From contig OZ037765.1 of NCBI GenBank assembly GCA_964035545.1, positions 1,178,001-1,242,000 of the forward strand: 64,000 nt of DNA, in the 5' to 3' direction. Under the pieces are notes generated by a model. The model was not told where the DNA came from. It made no database searches and saw only the letters and a list, made by a program, of their open reading frames with translations. Positions 28,001 through 42,137 of the stretch are shown here, in pieces. Each line of letters starts with the position of its first letter. The first letter of the stretch is position 1. The translations under genes were made by a program, and so were the position numbers. This DNA comes from Bugula neritina (taxonomy: Eukaryota > Animalia > Bryozoa).

Positions 28001-31000
28001 ATAATAAATAGTATTCAATATGCATGTCACTATCTAAATATTCTTACAGCATTTAAAATAATATTAGAAAAATTAAAAATATGTTTTTAAATTCATTAAT
28101 TAACAATATTTAAAATTTTACTATTACTAACTATTACTAACCATTGTTAACTATTACTATTACTAACTATTACTAAATATTACTAACTATTGCTAACTAC
28201 TACTAACTATTACTATCCATTGTTAACTATTACAAGTACTGACAGGCACTGAACCCACCTGCTCAAACAGTCTCTTATTCAGACGTATGGAGCTGTTGTG
28301 TCTAGCCAGTTGTCTAGCGAGGAACGTATACAGCATTCCAGTCTGCTTGGGGGTGTACCCAGTCTCGTCCACCATTATCTGTAGTAATATATCCACCACT
28401 TTCTGCCTCAGGTGTTTCCTGTGTGATACAACAGTTGCTGAAAGCTCTAACAATGTTGAAGATATGCTCTGATCAGTAACCAGTATTTTGTGAGCCTACT
28501 CACTTATCAGAAGAACCAAATTCATCCTCCTCGAAAGCTAACGCCATCACATTCAGGAACTCTCGTGTGTCAAAGTCCAGAAAAGTTCTCATGTACGGAT
28601 ACGGCTTTTCAGCTGCAATTCAATAAGTTGATAATTTAAGTAAAAAGTGAATAATTATATACGAAAAGTTTCATCTATTAAATCATTTACAACAGTTGCA
28701 TGTCTCTGGCTAACAATACAGCTTTACACAGCACTAATGAATAAAACCAGTTAAAGTTTATAACAGCACTGTACTACATGATGCACACACATTCTTTGTA
28801 TAAAACATATACACCTACCATGTGATGCCTCAGTCTTTCAAAGTCACACTTTCATCAAAAATAATTTTCAAATTATAAAAACTAATTAATGTTATATAAA
28901 AGCTTTTCAAAGTTCAAAATAACTAACATGGATTGGCCGAATTAGAGTGAAGAGAAGTCAGAGTAGTAAACATGGCCGCCTTGACGTCTGCAGCTGTTTC
29001 GACGTCCAATGAGCCGATGGGATAGGCTAAGCCAGCCAATGAGTTGCTGATATACACAAGTAGCTTGTTGCCCAGCTTCACGTGCGTGTCTAAAGAAAAC
29101 AACAAAATACATTAGAAACAGTAGCTGGTGAACTAGATGACTAGCATAGACTCAGTACCAGATGACTAGCATAGACTCAGTACCTGATGACTAGTATAGA
29201 CTCAGTACCAGATGACTAGCATAGACTCAGTACCAGATGACTAGCATAGACTCAGTACCAGGTGACTAGTATAGATTGAGTACCTGATGACTAGCATAGA
29301 CTCAGTACCAGGTGACTAGCATAGACTCAGTACCAGATGACTAGTATAGACTCAGTACCTGATGACTAGCATAGACTCAGTACCAGATGACTAGCATAGA
29401 CCGAGTACCAGATGACTAGCATAGACTGAGTACCTGAGAGCTGTTTGCCGGAGTTGATGGCGTCTCGCAGCACTTGCGTGAGGTCCAGCAAAGGTGTGAT
29501 ATAGTCCTGCATGCCCTGATTACTGATGTATATGATGGCATCGTACATTCCATTCTCCCAGCATAGCTTCACCGTCTGCAAAATACTAGCCAATAAACAG
29601 TTTGCTTACAAGTTATTATCAGTGAGATCAGCCAATCACACGCCACACACAACACAAACCAGCCAATGACAACCGACCTCGTGTATGTCTAAGCTGATGA
29701 TGTTGAGATGTACTATACAAGCTTCCACTCTGCTCAGCATGTCCTTCCCCTGGAAGTGACTCGTCAAGTCCTTTATTATCTCCGGGGAAACAGCCTTGAG
29801 CTGGTCGTCGAGGATAAACGGCTCTAGACACTCGAGGAAAGCCCCGTGAGCGATAACATCTTGTCTAAACCTCTCGTACAGCCGTCCAAACAACACGTCA
29901 CTGGGAACAAGCAGCAGCCAATCAACAGTGAGATTTCATACAGAGTGACAAAATTAACTTGATTCAGGGTTCAAGTAGATATAGTTGGCTGTTGGGTTTC
30001 TACTATTTATCTTTCAGAAAAAAATATTCTTAAGAGATTGCAATTAATTTGTATGTAACAAAGTTCTGAAACACTAGGGTTCAGATAAGTTATTTAATTT
30101 TAATTCTATTTATTCACACCATAAACCATATTGTAAAGCTTTAGTTCTACTTATTTTCATTTCTAAATTGTCTTTATACTCACATTCTGTTGAGTCTGAG
30201 ACAATACTCCACACAAATAGGGACCACATTCTACAAGAGTGAAACCCCAGGCTACATTCTTACAGCTATAACTTTATAAACATGCATGGATCCCACAGCT
30301 ATGAAAAGCTAAATATTGAAAACCAAATTTAATTAAATTGAATTTAAAGATTCATAACAGACTAAATTTTAAATTTAGAAGAATAAAAAATCATTTTGTC
30401 TACAACCTACAGATAATCATGTCTCACTAGTAAAAATAATAGTTAAAAACACAAATATTTCAATATTCATTGAAAAAAACAATGGAAGCAGTTTAATATT
30501 CATTAAAAAATAAATAAAATAAAAATAATGAAAGTATTTTAAGACACATAAAATAGTATATAGTGCGTTACCTCGTAGTGGTTTATGAGTTCATCAATTC
30601 TACCGAATACTGGACACAGTTTAGTCATAGATAAGTCCACGTAAATATACAGGATGTCCAACAGCTAGAGAATACAAAGATTAGATACAAACTACTAACA
30701 ACTTTTCATTTATCATATAGGAAATAACAAACACCTGGATGGTAACTGCTTGCCTATTAGATCAAAGGATAGTTACTGAAAACATGGCTGCATAACAAAT
30801 AAACAGGTTGACATCACGAAAAGTAACAATCACTGCAGTCAATACAGTCTTAGTGATTGCACTGGCAGGTTTTAGTGAATATCTGTCGGATTATTTTTAT
30901 TTTCTAGTAAATTTTATTGCAGTCCATTTTGTTAGAATGAATCATGCTCAGCTATTTGAGCCAATCACAGTCAAGTATTTCACTGCTGCTGTTTAGACTA

Positions 31001-34000
31001 AACCATTCAAATCATCCTTGCATTAGTAAGTATTTCAACAACTGCTGATATTGTACCACTTCTCTGATACCCTACGGGGTTCTACTGATAGAAAAGGGAT
31101 TTACTTTGTCAGCTACTATCTTCTGTCTCCTCTCGGGTCTGGAAGGGAGACCAATGACAGACTTGGCGGTTCCTTCGTAGAATGTGAGAGCTAGGGCTAT
31201 AGCGTCCTGGTGTCTATTCTCTCGTAGCAACACATCCAGCCTCTGAAAAAAGAGAGTTTGCTGTTTATAAAATTTAGAGATAATATGTTAGAGTAAACAT
31301 CACATAAACATGGAATAATGTGGTTAATAACATGACATGGAATAATAAATCATGAATGAACTATTATAATAACACTTTATATTAAAATAGAGAAAGTATC
31401 ACTAAACTATAAGATGCACGTACTGACCTATGACCTAATACATTATGTATAGTACATAGATTGACCTTTGACCTCAAACAACACACTCTATATAGACTGA
31501 CCTCTTGCCATGTTCGAGTTGTCATGACATGCACTGATTTCTTTCCCAGTACGAAAAGTTGAGATTTAAATGTCATCATTGAGTAGTAACAGGCGTGATC
31601 ACCAGCATACGACTGTAATATATATGTCATGTGTTGGCTATACACCAGCATACGACTGTAATATATATGACATGTGTTAACTATCCACCAGCATACGACT
31701 GTAATATATATGACATGTGTTAACTATAAACCAGCATAAGACTGTAATATATATGACACACTGTAATATATGCAACATTTTCAAATATTTTATTCACTTT
31801 TGTAACTTTTGAGCGTAAAACACTTGAGTGAATGAGTAGAGAGTGACTTGCTAAAACCCTTTATTCTCAAATTAACTTGCAACACTAAAAGTTGTCTGAT
31901 AAAATATCCATTCTAGATGCTGAGTTTGTATCTCTAAATTCTAGTACGTTGAATTCATACCAGAGCCGGGCTGACGTTGCCCCCAGTGGCCAGGCCCTTG
32001 AAGAAGCTGGTGCTGTATACGAACTGCATGTCACACATGTCCAGCACCTCTAGCTCCTCCCACGAGCGCACGTCCACCAGATGGATCTTCTCAGACGTGT
32101 CCATCACTGCCAAGGTCATCGAGTTGATCCACTAAACGAGTTTCACTTTTCTAATGAGTTCTTAGATTTTAATAAAAACTAGTCATAAATTTGATATAAC
32201 TAAATACTCATTGAAAAGGCAAATAAAAACTGGTTTATGTTTGCTATCTTACGATTGGTTAATAAATCAACCGTTGACAAGCTCTGTAAGATACAAGTGA
32301 ATACTCGAAATCCCTGATTCATCATAAATTCTTTTTTTCTAAATCCTTAACAGTTGATATCAGCTTGTATAATATTATATAATAATTCCATATTGAAATT
32401 ATTATATAATATTCTAGCCTAAATTTATTTTGTTCATAAATTTTAACAAACCTACTCCTAATTTATCTTTCATATAAAATTACTATTTTACCTATAACAA
32501 GAGTTTTATAAAATAGTGATAACAATGAGCCAACAACTGTAAACAAAACATCAATGTAATATAATATAATGCAATAATATTACAATGATATAATATAATA
32601 ATATAATAAAGACTCACACAGAAAGCACCAACTTTATAAGAGACTTCACTAGTCTGTAGTCTTTGAAACTCTACAGTCTTTGCACTCCGAATGATTGCCT
32701 GGAATACAGATAATTATCATATTATCTATAAAAGTTATTTTGTATTCTTATAAATTATTGAAATAATTATATTTGTACAATAATATGCATAATAAAACTT
32801 GAGTGTTTTAGATAAAAATACCAACTCAAGTCAAGAGAAAATTAGTTGAAATTATAATATATGATTTTGTGTAAAACAGTTGGAATTATCTTTCCTTTGT
32901 CTAAGAAACTACTAGGAAGCTATTAAAAAGCAATAAACTGAATATAGGCGTTATAATCTCGAATAACAATTGCACTGCTTATATATCCTAATACTAGTAA
33001 CACGTGTAACTAAGGTTGAAGTGAAAGGTTAAGATTCTAATGACATATATTTTCTATTGAACTTCCTATAAAATAGCAATACTGATAACTGAGCCACTAA
33101 TAGCCAATGATGCAACTTGACAAGGTACTAAGTTAGTTATACATTGATTTTTTAGATTGATTTAGATAGAATTATTCTTACTTGAAAAAAATGAAAAGTG
33201 GATTCTCTAGCCACAGCTAAAACTGGGTCAAACAGGGCGTCTTTTCCAGATATTTTGATTCCAGCATATATCCATGACAACAGAGGTAAACAATCTGCTT
33301 GCCCAGGCAACGGGAAAGAGAAGACAATCTTTACTTCTGGCCGTAAGTTGATCACAACTACCTAAAATTAAAGACATTAATATTTTTCAAATTTAATTCT
33401 AAAACAGCTACTAATCATTATATTAACTATAAAAGCAATTAAAATAGTATATATTTATTATGCAGAGTTTTTTAAGACTAGTAAATTATTAAGTCAACAG
33501 CCAACAAGACCTTGACTTTCAAAACATGTCAGCCAATGAGCATGATAGTTTTTTTGACCTATAAACAACTTTGGCCCACTGCTAAAATTGACCTACCCTA
33601 AAATTGGTTGAAGTGACCAAAATCTATACAGAAGGCGATTATGATCAACAAACGACCTTAACCTCTGACTGACCTTTGTGAAGGTTATCATTGCCACCAG
33701 CATTGTCTGGGCGTTGGTTGCATTCCTCGCATGTTCTGGTATGTGCAGAGGTTCTGCTACACACACTTCCCCTCGGCTACCCGAGAATAGACAGCGGGAT
33801 ACGCAGCCCCGCCCACTCACACTCCGACTAAAACACACCAGTCGTCAACCTCACTTAGCGACAAAACATTGGACGACATTCTTCATAACAGCCAAAGTGT
33901 GTTACATTTAAAGAAGTACAGTGAGCATATAAGGTTTAGGTAAAATAATTTTCATAAATTAAGCAAACTTTAGGAACCGATTCTATATTTTAATCAAATT

Positions 34001-37000
34001 AATGTGATATTTGACTTTTATCACCAGTCCTGCAGAAACTCAGAAGGGAGAGTGACAACTCACTTGAACTCCATGTCAAACACCGACCCGCCACTGTCCG
34101 CGCACACGGCCACCTTGCGATTGTCCGTAAACTTGACGTGAAGGACGGCCTGCCCCATGGGGTGGACGTCTGTGATGGTACGCAGCAGTTTGCCGGTGTC
34201 AAGGTCCCACATGGTGATCTGCCCCTTGGCGTACCCGGCGAGCAGACGGTTGCAGTCGACATTGAACGCCAGGCAGGAAACAGAGCCATATTGGACACCG
34301 GTGTTTGTCGTGCCTAGACTCCACTTCATGGCTTGTGATGGGTCTAAGCAGGTGAATTATACTGTATACTATGCTATACATTATACTATACCGTACTATA
34401 CTATATACTATATACTATACATCATACTATATACTATAGCTTATACTAAGCTATATCATATACTTTGCTATACATTATACTATATGCTATAGCTTATACT
34501 ATGCTATTCTTTATACTAAGCTATTCTTTATACTAAGCTATAACCTATACTATACATTATACTATATACTATAGCTTATACTATACTATAACCTATACTA
34601 TGCTATAGCTTATACTATGCTATACTTTATACTATGCTATACAGCCTCAATGGTGTAAGCAATAAGAGGAGCTACTTACCAAAAATATAGACAATTCCGT
34701 GAGCAGTGCCGATAGCTATGAGTACATCAACGACCATGGCGGTGGGAGACCCGGCATTTATCCTAGTCTGTCAACACACACATACAATATACCTTATACA
34801 ATACAATACAATATTAGTACATAACCCTATACTACAGTGTAGTATTTATACTACACTAAGGCACACTGTACTATGTTTTACCAAAGAATTTCATACTAAA
34901 TAAACAGCCATACAAATCTCAGGACTGCCAGAATATAGATATATTATGACTCATGTCATATTTACAGTGAGTAAGTGATTCCCTTTTTCTGAACATAGCA
35001 TAAAATTTTGTTAAATAAAAGTAAATATAAAAATAAAGTATAAATAAACTAGTAATACTATTTTAAACAACATATAGCAGTATATATTATATTATATTTT
35101 TATACATTTCACATTGTGGTATATTCTAGAGATTATTAGATTATTACATTTCATTACAATATATCAGTTTATCACACTTTCTGTCATATCAGTACATTAA
35201 AAGACTCTTCTCCCTAAAGCTTGAGCCTAAATAAAAATAAAATTCTAAATCCAAGATTTAAAGATTGATATGCTGAATTATAATTACAAACACAATCTGA
35301 ATAAACAAAGTCAACGACATAGTCCATTATATTCATGTGATTTTATCAACAACAAACAAAAGCCCTGCTACTTGAGTAAAAAGTTTACTGAACAGCCATG
35401 TTAGGGGTGGGTGAACCCCCCCCCAACCCTGTGTATAGACAAACCTGGGCAGAGATTATCTGGGAAGAGATCCCTTTCAGTACTGTGTGTTTCAGCACAG
35501 AGCCATGCCCTTCGTACACTCTCCTCTTCCTGTGTACAGAGTAAATATAACACAGTCGGAGATTGGAATTGAGTTAGTTGAAGTGTGACAACACAGCAAT
35601 ACACAACCAATAGTCAATGTACTTGTTAGTACAGTTGAAGATAAACTCTTAATGATCGACTAAACACGGTTATAAAACACAACTAAATACACTTTTCCTT
35701 CTCTGTACATAATTCATAAAATACTCTCAACAGCTAAAAGTCTTATTTTCAATTGTTTATTACTAAGAAACACAAAATAAATAAACAGTAATTTTAGTTT
35801 CTAAACAACTTTGCACACACTAGTGCTAGAAAAATTATGTAACTAAATTTAGAATTTTATTTCACAATTAGCAGAGTTTCTCTTCCTTGTTAAGTGAGCA
35901 TTAGCCTAACTTGAAAACTAAATCTATAAGTTTACCTGCGTCTGTCTGGGTCATCAAAACTGACTAGCGACTCGGTGTCAAAGGTCCCGAGCAGACGACC
36001 AAACTCGTTATCTTCCGAGTTGGACACGACATCGTCATCCTCGTGAGCCGTCTAAATGTGAACAACTCAGAGTAAATTCTTACACATCTCAGTTTATTCT
36101 AACTTAATAAATACAAAGGTAGTCTTCCAGTGATGTAAAGACAAGCATGCCTTACCTCATTTAGTATACTTTCTAATGTAGGAGCAGACACATTGGGAAG
36201 GTCATACTCTGCTTCATCAAGCTATAAACAGAATATGATTATGTAACAAAACAAAATACAATGTAAATAATTCATTACAAAATTATAAATAATTATTCCA
36301 TGCCACTGATAGCATTGAATGATTAATACTTATGACTATAGTATAGGCAAAAAGTTAAAATCCTCCAAAATATAACAGTTGCTACGTCTAATTACTAAAT
36401 CATGATTATCACCTGCACTTTTTACACTTATACTATAGACTTAATGCACCATATCTGTTTTCCATTTATTAACTACTACTTTTGTTACTACAGTCATGGT
36501 TTGAATAGAAAAAAAAGTAACTAAAACTAACCCCTACGACTTTTAGTACTACTACTAGTAGTATTCCGCTATCACTATGCTTCCACCAATTATTAATTTT
36601 GTGACAGACAAAATCATTTGAATTTTTACTTTGCTACTTAGACTTACGACTAGTCCTAGTACTTACACTTAGCCTTACTCTTAGTACGTTTTAAATTTAT
36701 TGCATTTAGTTTTACTGAGTCGTAAGCCTATAGTTACATTATTGCTTTTCTTTTTGCTAGTAGACGTAATATTAATATAAATAGCAGCTGTAGAAAAGCT
36801 AGCACTAGTAGCTATAATGATGATCAGTCTGAAATACTAATAGTTAATTTCGTAGTCATAGTGGTAGTGGAACCCAAAGTCAAAGTAAATCCAGAAGTTG
36901 ATTTTGAAAACCTCCAACTCGGATTACATAGGCACTAGTTAATGAATTTTTGATGTTACACACTCGAATTTCGTTGTTATTTCAAACATATATTTTATTA

Positions 37001-37103
37001 TGTTCTAATTATACGAGTTTAAAAGGAAACTTACCTCTTCTAATTGGCTTTCTAGGCCATTTAGAAGGAGCTCAGCACTCAAGTCCTCCCCTTTCTCCTC
37101 CAT
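22066..37103 (-). CDS. VPS8: Vacuolar protein sorting-associated protein 8 (CORVET subunit)
   Basis: About 30 exons. N-terminal YDLPNVSAPTLESILNE, WD-like region AGSPTAM...IAIGTAHG / YGSVSCLAFNVDCNRLLAGYAKGQITMWD, FLECLEPFILDD, LGNKLLVYIS, ALWFPLL, C-terminal RING-like CAYC...FRCGHMFHEAC...CYLC, end LRLIPP. Confidence 0.93.
23548..23750 (+). mobile_element. tRNA-derived SINE copy in a VPS8 intron
   Basis: A-box-like TGGTCTAGGG, B-box-like GGTTTGAGCC, central GATGTTAGGAAGAGCATCCAG and 3' TCAGGGGTTTCCCACAGGG. These segments are shared with the copies at 58405 and 59255. Confidence 0.7.
24098..25340. repeat. 28-bp AT-rich minisatellite TATTATTATAGTATGTTATATTGAATTA (VPS8 intron)
   Basis: More than 40 copies. 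Confidence 0.97.
25745..25937. repeat. Degenerate ~28-bp repeat GGATATGACATCACAGAGTGACA (VPS8 intron)
   Basis: About 6-7 diverged copies abutting the acceptor. Confidence 0.8.
26630..26775. repeat. (CATGA)n-derived repeat (VPS8 intron)
   Basis: Mixed CATGA, CACATGA and CAGGGCACATGA units next to the donor. Confidence 0.85.
29135..29435. repeat. 26-bp tandem repeat GATGACTAGCATAGACTCAGTACCA/T spanning a VPS8 donor
   Basis: About 11.5 copies. Confidence 0.95.
31601..31775. repeat. 43-bp tandem repeat (4 copies) spanning a VPS8 acceptor
   Basis: ACCAGCATA(C/A)GACTGTAATATATAT at 31601, 31644, 31687 and 31730. Confidence 0.92.
34358..34642. repeat. Degenerate (TATAC/TATGC)n repeat (VPS8 intron)
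   Basis: Low-complexity pentamer array. Confidence 0.85.
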
Positions 37104-37571
37104 TACAAATGGAAAATGTTGACTCAGTTACAAATTTGAGATATTGAGTAGGCAACTCCACAAATCAAATACTGTTAGCTTATTTTATACCTGTGCCATT
37201 CTCAACTCGCTCAAACTTATTGGAGATTCAATAATAAATAAAAGTGCTCTGTTTTGAACTTCTTTCAGCTTTTTGATACAATAATTGTTTTACAAGATTC
37301 TTTGAGTAAACCTTTACTTAGAGTAAGTATAAATTTATTTATTTTATTTTAAAAATATTCTTTATATTACAACAATACTATATGCCAACACAAAATATAA
37401 AGTTCAAAAGCATTTAGCATGGCTAGGCTAGTTGGGAATATTAAAAATATATAATATTTACATGATTATATCAATAAAGTATTTACACATATGTAATAGC
37501 AGACAATCATATATTGACTGTAAACTGTGACAAAAGGTGTAATCTGTAGTGATTAGAGTGAGTGATCAGTT

Positions 37572-40500
37572 TCACGTGTCCGAGTAGCCATCGTCATCAT
37601 CTGCCATACCGCCATCCCGACCATCCTGGAAAGAGTTATTAGTCAATACTGAGAACCAACTGCTATACAATTGAGACTTTAAATAAAATTAAAAAGAAAT
37701 TCTTTTCTATAATAAATAGGCCACCACAAATGATAAAATCTAAATTGATTAAAAATTTAGAGCTGAAAATCAGAGTTTTAATAAGCTATTTTTACTGAAA
37801 ATATAATAAATAGTAATATATATACAATTTATTACACTAAAATAAAGAGAAGACAAATCTTACAGGATCATCAGGTTCAAGATCCTCTCCATACTGAATG
37901 GCAAGATCAATCTGCAGAAGGACATCCGTTATAGAGTCCTCATCTGATTGGTCAAGAGGGAAAAACTTGACCAATCCGTAGTTATCTATCTAAAACATGT
38001 CAGTAAACTAGTGCGTGATATTCCATTTACTTGTTCACTTCACTTGGTTAAATAAACAATACGTATCCAAAATGAGAGACTATGAGTCCGAAAACAGTAC
38101 AACAAATCAAATAATTCTCTAACAGCCTAAGCATGCATGCATTAGATCTAATAAGAGTGAAATACAAGCACCTTACAGACATATCAGATATATACATTAC
38201 TATGAAAAAGTGACAGCAGGAGCAAATAGTGTTTACTGTTATAATAACAAACAGGAATTAGCGGTTGCCGTGGTAACAGAAGAGTGAGTCGTACTAACCA
38301 TAGAGGCAATACAAGCATTTAGTTTTGAGAACTTGGAGCTGCCTGGCATCTTTTCATTGGCTAGCAACACCTGAAGGTCGGGATCCAAGTACCTGTAATA
38401 GGGTGACAAGTACCTGTAGCATGGTGACAAGTACCTGTAGTATGATACGTATAAAGCAGGTAACATAGGTATAAAGCAGACTCACTCGTCTAGACGTCTG
38501 CGAGCTGATTTGCTGAGTATATCCAGTTTAGTCATGACGTTGACGTGAGAAATCTCTAGAGTGACCATCGCCGAGAGAGCGGAGAGCAAACCCGACACGT
38601 ACTTTGACGGCTCCACCATAAACTGCGAGTCTATGATGAAGACGCCACAAATTCGAAAGTCTCTGTTTTGCAGGTGATCTACTAACTGTCTCATCACCGG
38701 GATGTGAGTGTACAACTCAATCTGCCCTGCAGCGGGGAGAAACAGGAGTTGTGTACTCTATGTGATAGTATATAGGAGTTGTGTACTCTATGTGATAGTA
38801 TATAGGAGTTGTGTACTCTATGTGATAGTATATAGGAGTTGTGTACTCTATGTGATAGTATATAGGAGTTGTGTACTCTATGTGATAGTATATAGGAGTT
38901 GTGTACTCTATGTGATAGTATATAGGAGTTGTGTACTCTATGTGATAGTATACAGGAGTTGTGTACTCTATGTGATAGTATACAGGAGTTGTGTACTCTA
39001 TGTGATAGTATACAGGAGTTGTGTACTCTATGTGATAGTATACAGGAGTTGTGTACTCTATGTGATAGTATACAGGAGTTGTGTACTCTATGTGATAGTA
39101 TACAGGAGTTGTGTACTCTATGTGATAGTATACAGGAGTCGTGTACTCTATGTGATAGTATATAGGAGTTGTGTACTCTATGTGATAGTATACAAGAGTT
39201 GTGTACTCTATGCCACAGTGAAGGAAACGGCAAATTTGTGCAGTTTTGTTGCAGTATAACCGGAGTTATCGGCTCTCTACAACTCTACTACATGCTATAC
39301 TACATGCTATACTAAAAGCTATATTACATGCTATACTACAGCTATACTACATGCTATACTGCATGCTATACTACATGCTATACTACATGCTATATTACAT
39401 GCTATACTACATGCTATACTACATACTATACTACATGCTATACTATATGCTATACTACATGCTATACTACATGCTATACTACATGCTATACTACATGCTA
39501 TACTACATACTATACTACATGCTATACTATATACTATACTACATGCTATACTAGATGCTATACTATTGCTAGAGCTTCAGCTGTAACAAGTGCGTAGTTG
39601 TCTCACCCGGACAGTCGAACACGAAGTAGTCGTCATCAACATCATCCAGCTGTTCATCCAACCAATCAAAGTTCTGTGCAAAGTATCTTCAAACATTTGA
39701 TTCACATTAAAATTATCCGATTTAAACCGAATCTTTCTAGGAAATTATAGAGTATATCAACAGTATGTTGGGGCAAGCAAATCTCTTCTTCAATTTGATT
39801 ATAGAAAGAAATTTAAGTCATTCTGATATCTTGAAACAAAAAACTCAAATAAAAAGTATCTCTGAAGTCTAGAGCAGTGCACGCAGAGTACACAAGTAGT
39901 ACTTGACATTGCTCACAGAGTAGACAAGTAGTATTTGACAATGCTCACACAGTACACAAGTAGAACTTACTCCATGCAAAAGACAAGTCCTCCATTTGGA
40001 CCGTATCGCAAATCTTCATCCTCCATGACATCATCAACACAAATGAGCTCTCTCACATCTGTTTCAAATAGTCACATCTACATACTTACTCTAACACAAT
40101 AACTGTGCTGATGATTGTAATTTAAATGACAGCAAAAGTAGTAATTATTTCTTTAATCAAATTTTTGCAAGCTACTAAATGAAACATTAACTTCCAATTT
40201 ATCACTAGATATAAATTTCACTCATCAACAATAACTCTATCAGCTCTCAGCCTTTACAATTACATGAAACCAGTCTCCCGCCATAGACTGTGAACTTACA
40301 CAGTCCAGGTCTATGTTGGGAGCTATGTACTCACCCCCATAAACATCGTAATCAAACGCTTCTGCCGCAGGGTCTAAGTTGAATACTTTAGCTGTTCGTC
40401 GAGAGGCCTGGCAGTGCTTTTGAATTGTACTGCAGTAGGTGGACTAGAAATCAAGTAGGTATTTTTTATTGATAGATTGTTGACACATGGAAAGCCTAAA

Positions 40501-41596
40501 TTTTATGCTTAGCACAATTTGAAGACAGGTTGACCTGTTGTAATTAATTAGGAAAAACAATGCAAATTTGATCTAATTACTTACGTAAAACATGTACATA
40601 TCAAAGCGATACATTTTTATTAAATGAAACAATATAGTAAGAAAATTCAAATTTAATTTTGCAAATGACTTTGGATTAATGAGCACAACCATTACATTAT
40701 TTGGCATGACTTCCTATTTAGGAAACAAAGGCAACCATCTGGTATTATATATCAAATTGTATTACCTTTATGAATAGCAATAGCTGGAATAGCAATAATT
40801 TATAATAACATTAATAATATTTGTAGGCTTGAGGAACTATAACTAAAATTAATATTAAACATCACTTTAATTTTAGTTTATGGCCTAAAAAAATTGTTTA
40901 CTTTTAGTTTGGACATAAGAGAAAAACCAAATTATTTTATAATCATATAATCATTATTGTCGGCATACTGCAACTAGGAATTAGCAGAAACTATAATATT
41001 AAGTTGATTTAATATATAAGTCAGTATAACTATAAGTATAAGTGATATCGAAGCTGTAACAATAACTCCATACACGATATACACACTTACAGTAACAGCC
41101 AATATCATAAAAGTGAATCATAATGGTAAACTGGTATTCTTAATTATAATAGTAATAATCATAATGAGATCAAATAACCTATCACAATCTCAATGACAGT
41201 ACCCGGTACGAACTACATGAGACGCATCAGCATGTTTACTACCATTATCCTTATCTCAATCATTATCATTATGTTTATATCACAATGATAATCATAATCA
41301 TAATGATAATGTCTGATTAATAATGATAATGTATGAAATATGAATATAATATTAATTACTAATTAATTATAAGTAAAAGAAAATTTGAATAACCATTAGT
41401 TAATTACAATTACATTAAAATTAATATGATCAATAAATATTATTAAACATGGAAATAAAAGTTGAAGATCAAGTTGAAGATTAACTTTAACTTTAAGTTC
41501 AAGATGAAGATCAAGATGAAGATCAAGATGTGAATTTTAAAACGTCACCTTTCCACTGCCTGCTGGTCCCATGACAAGTTGAGCATATTTTGGCAT
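37572..41596 (-). CDS. GPN3: GPN-loop GTPase 3
   Basis: [78 protein letters not shown]. Exons ~41596-41549, 40443-40336, 40057-39971, 39686-39607, 38726-38486, 38392-38299, 37989-37864, 37626-37572. Confidence 0.95.
38742..39212. repeat. 30-bp minisatellite TAYAGGAGTTGTGTACTCTATGTGATAGTA (GPN3 intron)
   Basis: About 15.5 near-identical head-to-tail copies, no spacers. Confidence 0.97.
39287..39565. repeat. 12-bp minisatellite TACATGCTATAC (GPN3 intron)
   Basis: More than 20 copies. Confidence 0.95.
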
Positions 41597-42137
41597 TTTG
41601 ACAAAAAAAACAGAATTTTCTAAAGATAAAGTTCTATAGTAGGTTGAGCAGCAAAATTATCTCTCCTTTCAAGTTGTTCTAATTAAATTAAAATCATAAC
41701 TAAATCACTAATAAAATATAAGAACCACACAAAATTGTGCATGCATTAAAATATGATCACTGAGAGATATAACGAGTGCAAATGTAACCGCTAGAAATAT
41801 ACATAAAGTAATCATAGAATAATTATGGATGCGCGATTGTCGATTTCTATGAGTTCTAGACCCAAATCATCAGAAACTAATCAGTCACAGACCGGCTGAC
41901 AAAATTATCACACCGTACGACACTAAGATAGATTTTACGCTAATTTAAATAAGGAACTCCTTTTAGCCAATATTCGCGAAGAGAATCTCTACCAGGAGAG
42001 TGCCGACACTTGATTGATATTTACTAAATTTAAATTACCTACCATTTAATTCATCATTGTGATATTTAATGGTTGAAGATTATAGCAGCTTATATTGATA
42101 TTTGTTAAACTACCATATAAAAGGCAATAGTATCAAC
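41597..42137. promoter_or_regulatory. Bidirectional promoter GPN3/ARPC3
   Basis: About 540 bp separates the divergent ATGs. CCAAT at ~41967; locally CpG-enriched. Confidence 0.6.

Noticed and set aside
29135-29435. CTGATGA in some repeat units suggested hammerhead ribozymes
   Set aside because: No GAAA core or stems II/III; the repeat derives from the splice donor.
38694-39597. Repetitive ORFs on both strands; superficially CRISPR-like 30-bp repeat
   Set aside because: Head-to-tail repeats with no unique spacers, no cas genes, and located in a eukaryotic intron.
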